Part shown: one piece after another, positions 46,525 to 56,900 of the stretch
Layout of the letters: every line of letters starts with the position of its first letter
Position numbering within the stretch: position 1 is the first letter of the stretch
Assembly: GCA_000991245.1 (NCBI GenBank)
Contig: LBRD01000002.1
Location: 108,141 to 172,140 of the forward strand
Direction of reading: 5' to 3'
DNA length: 64,000 nucleotides
Source of the DNA: Parcubacteria group bacterium GW2011_GWC1_36_108
GTDB lineage: Bacteria; Patescibacteriota; Minisyncoccia; Moranbacterales; GWC2-37-73
Translations under genes and position numbers: made by a program
The notes under the pieces: model-generated
The model's input: the letters and a program-made list of their open reading frames with translations, nothing else
Database searches by the model: none
What the model was told of the DNA's origin: nothing

Positions 46525-47112
46525 TTAACACTGATGAGACTTTGCTTTTTGAAGCGCTTCCTTTATTGGCATATTGTTTATTTTGTGCACGCCTAGATCT
46601 TTCAATAGTGTTATTGTTTCAACTCGGATGTCTCCCAGATGCAATGGATAGCATATTGTGGGGATTTTTTCCGCAATTTCCAGGAGAAGTTTTTTGGCTC
46701 GCTCAGGATTTTTTTCAAGCAGTAGTTTGGCGTATTGAAAAATTCCTTCATATCCAAGCATTCCGTTAACACGAGAAACTTCTTCTGAGATGTACGCACC
46801 ACAATTTGGCGGGTCATACAAAAAGAGTAGATCTTTTTTATCTCCCGCAATCAAATCAAACAATTCCAAGGCTTCTTCTTGTTTTTTGTCCGCAATCAAA
46901 TAAAGTGCATATTCTTCAGCATAAGGACTTTTACCATTGAAAGACATGTTTTGGTTGAAGACAGTAGAAATTTTTGTGAACAGTTCTAGTAGTTCCGTTG
47001 TGGTTTTTGGCAGTTCGTATCTTGGACCATCATGGATAACCATCTTGATTAATGAAAAATCTTTTAGCGCGGATTGTAAAATTTTGCTGGCCTCAAAAAT
47101 ATTTGTCTTCAT
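46525..47112 (-). CDS. Hypothetical protein
   Basis: 195-aa ORF; no motif recognised. Confidence 0.45.
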   Translation of the reverse strand: MKTNIFEASKILQSALKDFSLIKMVIHDGPRYELPKTTTELLELFTKISTVFNQNMSFNGKSPYAEEYALYLIADKKQEEALELFDLIAGDKKDLLFLYDPPNCGAYISEEVSRVNGMLGYEGIFQYAKLLLEKNPERAKKLLLEIAEKIPTICYPLHLGDIRVETITLLKDLGVHKINNMPIKEALQKAKSHQC

Positions 47113-47279
47113 AAAAACCTCCCTTGGTTTGTATTGATTTTGGAAATTAATTTAGTGGTCTGAATTGTTAAGAAGCTACGGTTATTGAGTGTATAAATAA
47201 AAAGAGTTTTAGTCAAACCATGTGTTTTGAAAGGAGGATGGAATGTTGGCGTAGTAGTTGTTTGCATGCTGTTTTATAT

Positions 47280-47341
47280 ATACCCCTGGAGGGTATTTGA
47301 CAAGAAATACGGTGCGGGTGTAATATACCCCTAGAGGGTAT
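47280..47341 (+). promoter_or_regulatory. gdhA promoter (TTGACA-18-TAATAT) bracketed by two 17-bp palindromes ATACCCCT(G/A)GAGGGTAT (candidate operators)
   Basis: atacccctggagggtat|TTGACA|agaaatacggtgcgggtg|TAATAT overlapping atacccctagagggtat; 94 nt upstream of the gdhA ATG. Confidence 0.55.
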
Positions 47342-47419
47342 ATATCGCTGCGCGTAATTTTTTAATTTTTAATTTAAAATTTTTAAACAATAAAAAATTA
47401 TTTTTTAAAAAGAAAATTT

Positions 47420-48658
47420 ATGAAAAATGATGCATTTGCAAGTGCGCTGAGTCAACTCGAGCAAGTTCAGAAACTCATAAAAATAGATAAAAATATTTTT
47501 GCACAACTTCAAAGCCCGCAAAGAATTTTGGAAGTTTCCATTCCAGTTAAGATGGATAATGGCAATATCCAAGTTTTTACAGGTTATCGAAGTCAGTTTA
47601 ATGATGCACGCGGACCATTTAAAGGTGGAATAAGATTTCATCCGGACGTGAATATTTCGGAAGTTAAAGCGCTAAGTGCCTGGATGACTTGGAAAACTGC
47701 TGTAGTTGGAATTCCCTTGGGTGGTGGAAAAGGCGGTGTGATTGTTGATCCAAAAAAACTTTCTGAAAATGAATTGGAAAAACTTTCACGTGGATATATA
47801 CAAGCTATTTTTAAATTTATTGGACCTAATTTGGATATACCAGCCCCTGATATGTATACTGATCCGAAAATTATGGGTTGGATGCTGGATGAATATGAAA
47901 AATTAGCTGGTTTTCATATCCCAGGGGTAATCACTGGGAAACCTCTTTCTATTGGAGGTAGTAATGTTAGGGGTTATTCTACTGCACAAGGAGCTTTTTA
48001 TGTTTTAAAAGAGGCTGTGAAAAAAGTTGGAATTCGAAAAGATGCAACTGTCGCTATTGAAGGTTTTGGTAATGCTGGGGCTCATTTGGCTCAGATTTTG
48101 CAAAAAAATGGCTTTAGAATTGTTGCACTTAGCGATTCAAAAGGGATGATTGTAAATTATATGGGACTAGATGTTGAGCAAGTGAAAAAGTATAAAGAAA
48201 AGACAGGAAGTGTGGTTGGATATCCTGGTGCTGAAAAAATTAAACATTCACATATTATTGCACAAGAAGTTGACATCCTGATTCCTTCTGCATTAGAAAA
48301 TTCAATAACTGTGGATAATGTTAAAACAGTAAAAGCAAAATTAATAATAGAAGTAGCTAATGGACCCATAACTCCTGGGGCGGATGCAATTTTGGCAAAG
48401 AGAAATATTATGGTTGTGCCAGACATTTTGGCTAATGCTGGAGGAGTAGTTGTGAGTTATTTGGAACAAGTTCAAAATGCATACGGATATTATTGGAGTG
48501 AGGAAAAAGTTCTGAAAAAATTAGAGCAAATTATGAAGGAATCGTTTGCATATGTTTGGGAGCAAAAAATGAAACATAATACTACTGTAAGAATGGGTGC
48601 GTATGTGTTGGCCATTAATCGTGTATCACAGGCAATGGTTGATCGGGGCAGGATGTAA
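47420..48658 (+). CDS. gdhA: Glutamate dehydrogenase (Glu/Leu/Phe/Val dehydrogenase family)
   Basis: GGIRFHPDVN...WKTAVVGIPLGGGKGG; NAD(P)-binding GFGNAG; 412 aa. Confidence 0.9.
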   Translation: MKNDAFASALSQLEQVQKLIKIDKNIFAQLQSPQRILEVSIPVKMDNGNIQVFTGYRSQFNDARGPFKGGIRFHPDVNISEVKALSAWMTWKTAVVGIPLGGGKGGVIVDPKKLSENELEKLSRGYIQAIFKFIGPNLDIPAPDMYTDPKIMGWMLDEYEKLAGFHIPGVITGKPLSIGGSNVRGYSTAQGAFYVLKEAVKKVGIRKDATVAIEGFGNAGAHLAQILQKNGFRIVALSDSKGMIVNYMGLDVEQVKKYKEKTGSVVGYPGAEKIKHSHIIAQEVDILIPSALENSITVDNVKTVKAKLIIEVANGPITPGADAILAKRNIMVVPDILANAGGVVVSYLEQVQNAYGYYWSEEKVLKKLEQIMKESFAYVWEQKMKHNTTVRMGAYVLAINRVSQAMVDRGRM

Positions 48659-48774
48659 AAATCTTGAATTTGGTTTTTTATCAAAAAATCGTCAATCAAT
48701 GGCGGTTTTTTGCTCTATGCAACAAGTGAAGAAAGTTGTATGTTTGATGTAGTAGTAGTTATATCCTTAAAATT

Positions 48775-50943
48775 ATGAAAAAGAAGACTATCAAAAAGAA
48801 TAAATCCCGATTTCATTATCCTAAGCAAGTTGTGCTGGGGGTTATTGACGCTGGCTTGGTAATGTTGATTGCTGGGATCTGTTTTGTGGCTTGGATATAT
48901 TATTCCGCGACTCCTGCAGCAAGCCAGTTGGCAGAAAGAAAAATTTCCGAAACCTCGGTTTTATATGACCGAAGTGGCGAATATGCTTTATATAAATTGT
49001 ATGGCGAGGAAAATAGGAAAATAGTCTCGCACAGCGAGATTCCAGATGTTGTGCGAAATGCGACGATTGCGACCGAGGATGCCAATTTTTATCGTCATAT
49101 AGGCGTTGATCCGCTTGCAATATTAAGAGCGATTAAGATCAATTTCCAAAATAACGGTGTAAGGCAGGGAGCATCAACCATTACTCAGCAACTTGCTCGC
49201 AGCGCTTTTCTTACTTCAGAGCGAACAATGAAGCGAAAGTTTTTGGAAGCAGTTTTTGCTTTGAAGATTGAACGACACTACAGCAAAGATGATATTCTGG
49301 ATCAATACTTAAACCAAGTGCCATATGGTTCGAATGCATATGGAATTGAAACTGCCAGCAGGACATATTTTGACAAAGCCGCCAAGGATTTGACCTTGGA
49401 TGAAGCAGCTTTTTTGGCTGCACTTCCAAAAGCGCCGTCATATTATTCTCCATACAGCACACATCGCGGCGAGCTTGCATATCGTCAAAAGAAAATTCTT
49501 GAGCGTATTTCGGAGCTTGAACTCGCTTCTCAGGAAGATGTGACCAATGCGCTTGCAGTCGACACATTTTCAAAAGTAAAACCATTAGTCAGCCCTATCA
49601 TCGCACCTCATTTCGTGTTCTTTGTCTTGGAGCAGCTTGAAAAAAAATATGGCAAAGAGTTTTTGCAAACAGGCGGACTTAAAATTTACACAACGCTTGA
49701 TTATGAATTGCAAAAAATGGGGGAGGATGTTGTTGCGCGAGGAGCTGAAAAAAATATAGCCAGAGGAGCAACCAATGCGGCGCTGGTAGCGGTTAATCCA
49801 AAAGATGGAGAAATTTTGGCGATGATTGGAAGCAAAGATTTTTATAACAAAGCTATTGATGGGGAAGTAAACATTGCTACAACTTTGCAACAACCAGGAT
49901 CTTCATTTAAACCTTTTGCATATGCCACTGCATTTGAAAAGGGTTATCAACCGGAAACAAAAATTCTTGATGCGCCAACAAATTTTGGGCCAGACGGAAG
50001 TGGTCGAAATTATGTTCCGAGAAATTATGACGGAAAATTTCATGGACTTTTGAGTATGCGCGAAGCGTTGGCGCAGTCGCTTAATATTCCAGCTATCAAA
50101 ACCTTGTATCTTGCAGGAATTGACAGCACGATTGAATTGGCTCATCGACTTGGCATCACAACACTTAATGATCGCAATCGTTATGGCTTGTCTTTGGTAA
50201 TTGGTGGCGGAGATGTGAAATTGGTGGATATGGTCAGCGCTTTTTCAGTTTTTGCTAATGACGGCGTGCGCAATCCTTCACATTCGGTAATTAAGATAGT
50301 TGATAGCAAAGAAAAAACAATTGAACAAGCGGAGTACAATCCAATTCGAGTGCTGGATGTGCAGATTGCACGCAAGATTGATTCAATACTCTCAGACAAT
50401 AAAGCTCGCACTCCAATTTTTGGACCAAGAAGTCCGCTTATACTTGCAGATGGAAGACCTGTAGCCGCCAAAACGGGAACGACACAGGAATTTCGCGATG
50501 CTTGGACTGTTGGGTTCACTCCGCAAATCGCAGTTGGTGTGTGGGCAGGAAACAATGATAATCGTCCTATGAAAGCTGGCTCCGACGGAGTTTTCGTGGC
50601 AGCGCCAATCTGGAATGAGTTCATGACCAAAGCACTTGCGAATCAACCCAGAGAAACTTTCATTGCATATGACACTTATCAACAAAACAATGATCCGACA
50701 AAAATTGCCGAGAATGGTTCATCAAGCCAAGATGTAAGAATGAAAATAACTTATTATAACAATAAAACCGGAAAAAAGATTTCCGAAGAAAGAGCAAAAA
50801 AAACAGATCCTAAAAAAGTTGACAAGAGGGTTGAGTATATTATCGTCAATGACCCAAGCATTATCCCGCCAAAAAATTCAGTCAGTGTCGCAATGCCTTC
50901 GCCAACTGATCCTATGTATAAAAATTGGACAATGCAACCTTAA
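48775..50943 (+). CDS. Class A penicillin-binding protein (PBP1A-type transglycosylase + transpeptidase)
   Basis: GT51 motifs EDANFYRHIGVDP, GASTITQQLAR; transpeptidase SSFKPF (SxxK), SLN, KTGT. Confidence 0.9.
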   Translation: MKKKTIKKNKSRFHYPKQVVLGVIDAGLVMLIAGICFVAWIYYSATPAASQLAERKISETSVLYDRSGEYALYKLYGEENRKIVSHSEIPDVVRNATIATEDANFYRHIGVDPLAILRAIKINFQNNGVRQGASTITQQLARSAFLTSERTMKRKFLEAVFALKIERHYSKDDILDQYLNQVPYGSNAYGIETASRTYFDKAAKDLTLDEAAFLAALPKAPSYYSPYSTHRGELAYRQKKILERISELELASQEDVTNALAVDTFSKVKPLVSPIIAPHFVFFVLEQLEKKYGKEFLQTGGLKIYTTLDYELQKMGEDVVARGAEKNIARGATNAALVAVNPKDGEILAMIGSKDFYNKAIDGEVNIATTLQQPGSSFKPFAYATAFEKGYQPETKILDAPTNFGPDGSGRNYVPRNYDGKFHGLLSMREALAQSLNIPAIKTLYLAGIDSTIELAHRLGITTLNDRNRYGLSLVIGGGDVKLVDMVSAFSVFANDGVRNPSHSVIKIVDSKEKTIEQAEYNPIRVLDVQIARKIDSILSDNKARTPIFGPRSPLILADGRPVAAKTGTTQEFRDAWTVGFTPQIAVGVWAGNNDNRPMKAGSDGVFVAAPIWNEFMTKALANQPRETFIAYDTYQQNNDPTKIAENGSSSQDVRMKITYYNNKTGKKISEERAKKTDPKKVDKRVEYIIVNDPSIIPPKNSVSVAMPSPTDPMYKNWTMQP

Positions 50944-50967
50944 AAGTTAAAAAAAGAAAAAATAAAA

Positions 50968-51002
50968 ACGGTCTTACGCAAAATTTATTTGCGTAAGACC
51001 GT
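50968..51002. terminator. Long hairpin terminator between PBP1A (+) and the 51013..51354 (-) gene
   Basis: acggtcttacgcaaa ... tttgcgtaagaccgt with an A-run upstream (T-run on the minus strand). Confidence 0.6.
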
Positions 51003-51012
51003 TAATGATATT

Positions 51013-51354
51013 TCATGCGATTGCAAGAAATATAACTCCAGCGCTAAGTGGAACAATAGCTGGAATTAATCCCTGCATTCCATATTTGTATAATGCAATG
51101 CAAAAGAAAAACATAAAGCAGCCTAAAGCCAGTGACAGAATGCTATTGTTGCCCGTAGAAAGAAATATGACAATTTTTTTCATCGGATCGTCTTCAAGAA
51201 CTTTAAAGACATGTGGGATTAACAAAATAATAATAAAAGATATTATTAAGATGTCTGTCTGGGTTGTCTTTTCTTGCAATTCATTGAAGAAAATTCCGAA
51301 ATTTGTTTGGATTTCTCCTGACCATTCAAATGGTGCAAAAAAATTTACATTCAT
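51013..51354 (-). CDS. Small membrane protein, hypothetical
   Basis: 113 aa, 3 hydrophobic segments; preferred over the overlapping + strand ORF because of the minus-strand terminator. Confidence 0.4.
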   Translation of the reverse strand: MNVNFFAPFEWSGEIQTNFGIFFNELQEKTTQTDILIISFIIILLIPHVFKVLEDDPMKKIVIFLSTGNNSILSLALGCFMFFFCIALYKYGMQGLIPAIVPLSAGVIFLAIA

Positions 51355-51467
51355 GTGAACCTCCTGGGATTTTATTGCAAAGCAATAAATAATTTAAACA
51401 ACTCAAAACATCTTACTATAAAAAAATGCATTTGTCAAGTCGGGTGGCTTTGTGCTAGTGTGTTGTT

Positions 51468-52259
51468 ATGAATAGACGAAATATTATAATTATCGGTGTT
51501 CTGTGCTTATTGGCTGTTCCTAGCCTTTATTTTGGCTTGAAAAAAGTGCAAGAATCCAAAAAAACAGTTCAAATAAGTGTTACTGACTTGCAGGAAAATA
51601 ATGACAATCAACAAGCTGAAGAGGAAGCGAAACCAATTGAAAAAAATATTAATAATGACAATGCAGAAGTTGCTGAAAATCAAGAAAAAGAAATTGCAGC
51701 ACCAAAAACTCCAGAAAAAATAATAGAAGAAAAAAAGGTTGAACCAAAAAAAACAAATCCGCCAGTTCCAGCTGATGAAGAGGTAAAAGTAGAAGCAGGA
51801 AAAATTGTCGACAAATTAATTTCGTGGGGTTTTACAAAATCTTCTGGAAGAACAATTGACACTGTTATTGTGCACTCATCTTATGATGCACTTGGAGATG
51901 ATCCGTATAGTGTTTCAGGAATTATTGCTGAATACAAACAATATAATGTTTCTGCGCACTATTTGATTGCGCGCGATGGCACCGCTTATCGTTTGGTAAC
52001 AGATCAAAATATCGCTTGGCACGCGGGTGTTAGCAAAGTTCCGGATGGACGAACAAACGTGAATGATTTTTCAATTGGCATAGAAATGATCAACACAAAA
52101 GATGGGAAATATACCGATGATCAATATGCTGCATTGAATTCTTTGATTGTAACATTGAAGAAAAAATATAAAATAAAATATATTCTCGGCCACAATGAAA
52201 TCGCCCCCGACAGAAAGACTGACCCGTGGGGAATAGAGTGGAATAAAGTTAATCGGTAG
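51468..52259 (+). CDS. N-acetylmuramoyl-L-alanine amidase (Amidase_2/PGRP domain) with N-terminal TM
   Basis: TIDTVIVHSSYD...AHYLIARDGTAYRLV...AWHAGVS...IGIEMIN...LGHNEIAPDRKTDP. Confidence 0.85.
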   Translation: MNRRNIIIIGVLCLLAVPSLYFGLKKVQESKKTVQISVTDLQENNDNQQAEEEAKPIEKNINNDNAEVAENQEKEIAAPKTPEKIIEEKKVEPKKTNPPVPADEEVKVEAGKIVDKLISWGFTKSSGRTIDTVIVHSSYDALGDDPYSVSGIIAEYKQYNVSAHYLIARDGTAYRLVTDQNIAWHAGVSKVPDGRTNVNDFSIGIEMINTKDGKYTDDQYAALNSLIVTLKKKYKIKYILGHNEIAPDRKTDPWGIEWNKVNR

Positions 52260-52432
52260 TACTTGTTTAAGATTAATATTGAATTGTTAGCTTGAGTTTT
52301 TAATTTAGCATCCAAATTTTTAATTTTAAATTTTTAATTTTGTAAATAAATTATAAATACTAATTTTTAAAAATTTGAAATTAAGGCATTATTTAAAAAT
52401 TACAAAAATTATAAAATTAAAAATTAGTAACT

Positions 52433-52693
52433 ATGATTTTACAAATTTCCTTAGATGGTAACGATATAAAATTGACACTGAAAGATGATCGAAAGATTGT
52501 TGATGAATTGTTGTGGAATGATGAATATACCTTGAGTGAAAAACTGCTGCCAAACATTGACGTATTGCTTAGAAAAAATAAAATTTCCAAAAGTGAGATA
52601 GGAAAAGTGACCACAAAAATAAGCAAAACTTCCGGCGTGACCAGCGCACGTATCGTTAGAACGATTGCAGCAGCCTGGAACCTGGGAAATTAG
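52433..52693 (+). CDS. Hypothetical protein
   Basis: 86-aa ORF. Confidence 0.35.
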   Translation: MILQISLDGNDIKLTLKDDRKIVDELLWNDEYTLSEKLLPNIDVLLRKNKISKSEIGKVTTKISKTSGVTSARIVRTIAAAWNLGN

Positions 52694-52877
52694 CTTATTA
52701 GGCTTTAGCTTCTTAGGTGACATGAAGTTTTTTTATCTGGAATTTTCTAAAAAGCTAAAAAGCTAATGCCTAAAAAGCTGTTCGATTGGACAAGGAGTGA
52801 AATTTATGCTATACTTGAGTGGTAATAGAGGACGGGTGCAAAACCTCGCCCTCTTTCTTTATAATAAATGAAAATCC

Positions 52878-53180
52878 ATGCCAACAAAACAAAATAAAAA
52901 AGAAACAAAGAGCGATGACTGGAAGAGTTTAGTTCAGGGCTTTGTGGGTAATATGCTTGAACAGTTGAGCGAAAATGTGACAACTAGAGTTCACGCTTGG
53001 ACAAAGCAAATGAAGCGCAGGGCAGTTGGGGGAGTTGTGATGCTACTCGGAGCAACATATTTTCTAACTGGCTTGTCTGATTATACTGGTAGTTTTTTTG
53101 GAGAAAATTTCCCCGGGTTTGGATATTTACTTGTTGGAGCGTTGGCATTATTGATAGGATATTTTGTTAGTCGAAAATAG
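52878..53180 (+). CDS. Hypothetical membrane protein
   Basis: 100 aa, two TM segments at the C-terminus. Confidence 0.4.
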   Translation: MPTKQNKKETKSDDWKSLVQGFVGNMLEQLSENVTTRVHAWTKQMKRRAVGGVVMLLGATYFLTGLSDYTGSFFGENFPGFGYLLVGALALLIGYFVSRK

Positions 53181-53276
53181 TATTGGCTACAAACCTATAA
53201 AAATTGTTAGTTAATTAATTTTAATAACCCCAGTTAAATAATATGGAGTACCATAATTTAACGGGGCAAGAAAAAT

Positions 53277-53552
53277 ATGAACAAGAAACAAATCAAGAAG
53301 GTCGTGAAAAAAAATGTGGAAAAGGTTAAAGTGCAGGCCAAATCTGCTAGTGCTGATTTGGAGAAACTTGCTATGAAGGAATATGGCAAGATCAAAAAAC
53401 AAATGGATACTACTTCCAAAAAAGTTGAATCCTATGTGAAAAGGAATCCAGAAAAAGCAGCAGCAATTTCTGCTGGAATTGGTATGGCCCTTGGAGCAGT
53501 TGCCGGACTTATTGCTGGAAGCAATATGGATGGAAAAAAGAAGAAGAAATAG
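53277..53552 (+). CDS. Small C-terminally anchored protein (ElaB/YqjD-like architecture)
   Basis: Lys-rich helical N-terminus plus C-terminal TM AAAISAGIGMALGAVAGLIAG. Confidence 0.4.
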   Translation: MNKKQIKKVVKKNVEKVKVQAKSASADLEKLAMKEYGKIKKQMDTTSKKVESYVKRNPEKAAAISAGIGMALGAVAGLIAGSNMDGKKKKK

Positions 53553-53951
53553 TAAACAGATTCTTAGGCTTTAGCTTCTTAGCTTATTAAGAAATACAAA
53601 TTCCGCTCTTTTGAGCGGTTTTTGTTTGTGTATAAAATTTTTATATACCAAAACTATGCGGTCGTCGAGTTTTGGTATATATTGGAAACCTAAGAAGCTA
53701 ATGCCAAAAAAGCTAAAACCTGTTCTATTGACACTTTTTCGTATCTGTGTTAACTTACTTGTACATTCTAGCTTTAGGAAAGAACTTCTACTTTTTGCAT
53801 TGTTTTTGGGTGAAAACAGCGCACAAACTTTTTGTCAAATTAAAGTGTTAAAATGCTTTAAAATGGCACTTTTTGTCAAAGGATAAATGACTAAAAACAT
53901 ACAACTTAATTAAATAGTCTTAACCAAAAACTCGCTACGAGCTTTTCGTTT

Positions 53952-56900
53952 TTGCGTCGAAAAGAACTAGTGAGAGTTGTTTTTATGGTAAAAGAGAAGA
54001 AAGCCCTAAAGGTGAAGGAGACGTATGCGTCTACCTCATCCCTGTCTAAAAGAAAGTTTTTCAAAAAGCAGTTGATGGTGTCGCTGCCTAATCTGATTGA
54101 AGCTCAGATCGACGCGTATCAGTGGTTTTTGGATAGAGGTCTTCGGGAATTGTTCGATGAAATCAACCCAATTAGTGATTTCACTGGAAAAGATTTAGAG
54201 CTTTCGCTCACTGATTATTATTTGGACGAGCCAAAAACAGATGAGCTTACTGCCAAGAACAAAAATGTTTCATATGAAGCGCCTCTTCGAGCGAAGGCGC
54301 GTTTAACGATAAAGAAAACTGGCGAAATCAAGGAACAAGAAATTTATCTTGGAGATTTTCCAGTGATGACTCCTCGTGGAACTTTCATTATTAATGGAGT
54401 AGAACGCGTGGTTGTTTCTCAGTTGATCAGATCTTCTGGAGTTTTCTTTACGATGGAATATTCAAAAGGAAAGAAATTATTTGGAGCAAAATTAATTCCA
54501 AATCGTGGAGCATGGCTGGAAATTGATACTGATTTGTCTGGTGTTTTGAACGTGAGAATCGATCGCAAACGAAAAATTCCAGTAACTGCACTTCTTCGAG
54601 CTTTTGGAATGGAAAAAAATGAAGAAATTCTTAAAGCGTTTGATGGCTTTGATAAAGGTGAAGTGAAATTCATTGAAGAATCACTTGCAAAAGACATTAC
54701 TAAAAGTCAGGCTGAAGGATACAAAGAAATTTATAAAAGAATTCGTCCAGGAGATTTGGCAACAGCTGAAAATGCTAAACAACTTGTTAATGGCATGTTT
54801 TTCAATTTTGAAAAATATGATTTCGGCAGCGTTGGACGTTATCGTTTGAACCAACGTTTGAATATCAATCTTGAAGACAAGGAGGAAAACAGAATTTTGT
54901 TGGTTTCTGATTTGCTTTTGATTATCAATGAAATTATTCGTTTGAATAATGATCCACACGCAATCGCTGATGATATTGATCATCTTGGAAACAGACGTGT
55001 AAGAGGTGTTGGGGAATTGGTACAAAACAAACTTCGCATCGGTATGGCTCGAATGGCTCGCAACATCAAGGACAGAATGAGTACTTGCGACATTGAAACA
55101 GTTGTTCCAGGACAATTGATTAATTCTCGTCCAGTGGCTGCTGCGATTAAAGAATTCTTCTCAAGTTCACAACTTTCTCAATTTATGGATCAAGTAAATC
55201 CATTGGCTGAGCTTGAACACAAAAGACGTTTGTCAGCGATGGGACCAGGAGGGCTCACACGAGAACGAGCTGGCTTTGAAGTTCGAGATGTGCATCATTC
55301 ACATTATGGACGTATTTGTCCTATTGAAACTCCTGAAGGTCCAAACATCGGATTGGTGGGACATATGGCTTCATATGCTCGTATTAATGATTTTGGATTT
55401 TTGGAAACACCGTATATTAAACTTCAAAAAGAAGTTCCAAACACGGTGGAAGCTTTGCTTAATCGAGTTTTAAATGAAGATGTAGCTGGTGGAAAAGTTG
55501 GAGAATATATTACTGAAGAATTAGCCAAGAAAATTGCGAAAACTTCTGCTAAGATTATTCAAATCAAACCTTACATTTCTGATGAAATTGAATATGTTAA
55601 TGCAACCGTTGAAGATCGCTGCGTGATTACACATGCTCGTGTGAACACTGATGAACATCGCAATATTGTTGATGCAACAGTGGAAGCTCGCGTGAAAGGA
55701 CATCCTGAAATGATTGAAACTGAAAAACTTGATTATATCGATGTTAGTGCTAAACAATGTATCTCAGTTGCAACTTCACTTATTCCATTTTTGGAACACG
55801 ATGATGCTAACCGAGCCTTGATGGGTTCAAACATGCAACGACAGGCTGTACCTTGTATCGTACCGCAAGCTCCTTTTGTGGGAACAGGCATCGAAGACAA
55901 GGCTGCTGCTGATTCCGGACAGGTTGTTCTTGCTCTTGGTGATGGAGAAGTGGTGGAAGTTGATGGAGCGCACATTACTGTCAAAGAAAATGCACCAATC
56001 GGAGCAAAGAAAGATAATTTCAAACGAGAATATAGACTGCAAAGTTTCCAAAAATCAAATGCTTTCACTTCAATGAGCCAACTTCCACGAGTGGAAAAAG
56101 GACAGATTGTGAAAAAAGGTGATCTTTTGGCTGACGGCGCCGCAACAGAAAATGGAGAATTAGCACTTGGACAAAATCCATTGGTAGCCTTTATTCCATG
56201 GGACGGATATAACTTTGAAGATGCTATCATCCTTTCAGAAAGACTTTTGAAAGAAGATTGGTACAGTTCGATTCATATTGAAGATTTTTCAATCGACGTG
56301 CGCGACACAAAGCTTGGGCCGGAGGTTGTGACTCGTGATATCCCAAATATTGGAGAAGAAAGATTGAAGAATTTAGATGAAACAGGAATCATCCGTATCG
56401 GAGCAGAAGTTTCTTCAGGAGATATTCTTTGTGGAAAAATCACACCGAAGGGAGAAGGAGATTTGACTCCAGAAGAAAGATTGCTGCGAGCTATTTTTGG
56501 TGAGAAATCTAAGGATGTTAAAGATTCATCATTGTATCTTCCTCATGGAGAACATGGAAAAGTTGTTGATATTAAAATTCTTTCACGAGAACAAGGAGAC
56601 AAACTTTCAACTGGTGTGATCAAGCAAATTCAAGTTTCTGTTGCACAACTTCGCAAAGTTTCAGTGGGAGACAAGTTGGCTGGACGACATGGAAACAAAG
56701 GTGTGATTTCACGCATTGCTCCTGTTGAGGATATGCCATATCTTCCAGATGGAACTCCAATCGATGTAATCCTAAATCCATTGGGAGTTATCTCTCGTAT
56801 GAATATTGGACAGATTTTGGAAACACATCTTGGATGGGCAGCACTTAAACTTGGATATAAAGCTGCAACTCCTGCGCTTGATGGAATCACGGAAGAAGAC

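Noticed and set aside
51005-51358. ORF 51005..51358 (+) overlapping 51013..51354 (-)
   Set aside because: Only one can be real. The minus-strand version is followed by a matching minus-strand terminator (hairpin + T-run at 51002-50950) and reads as a plausible 3-TM protein. The plus-strand version was deprioritised, at low confidence either way.
53611-53886. ORF 53611..53886 (+) upstream of rpoB
   Set aside because: Its sequence is composed of the TTAGGC/CTAAGAAGCTAATGCC repeat element and a terminator hairpin (53598-53625). It is most likely a non-coding rpoB leader or repeat region.
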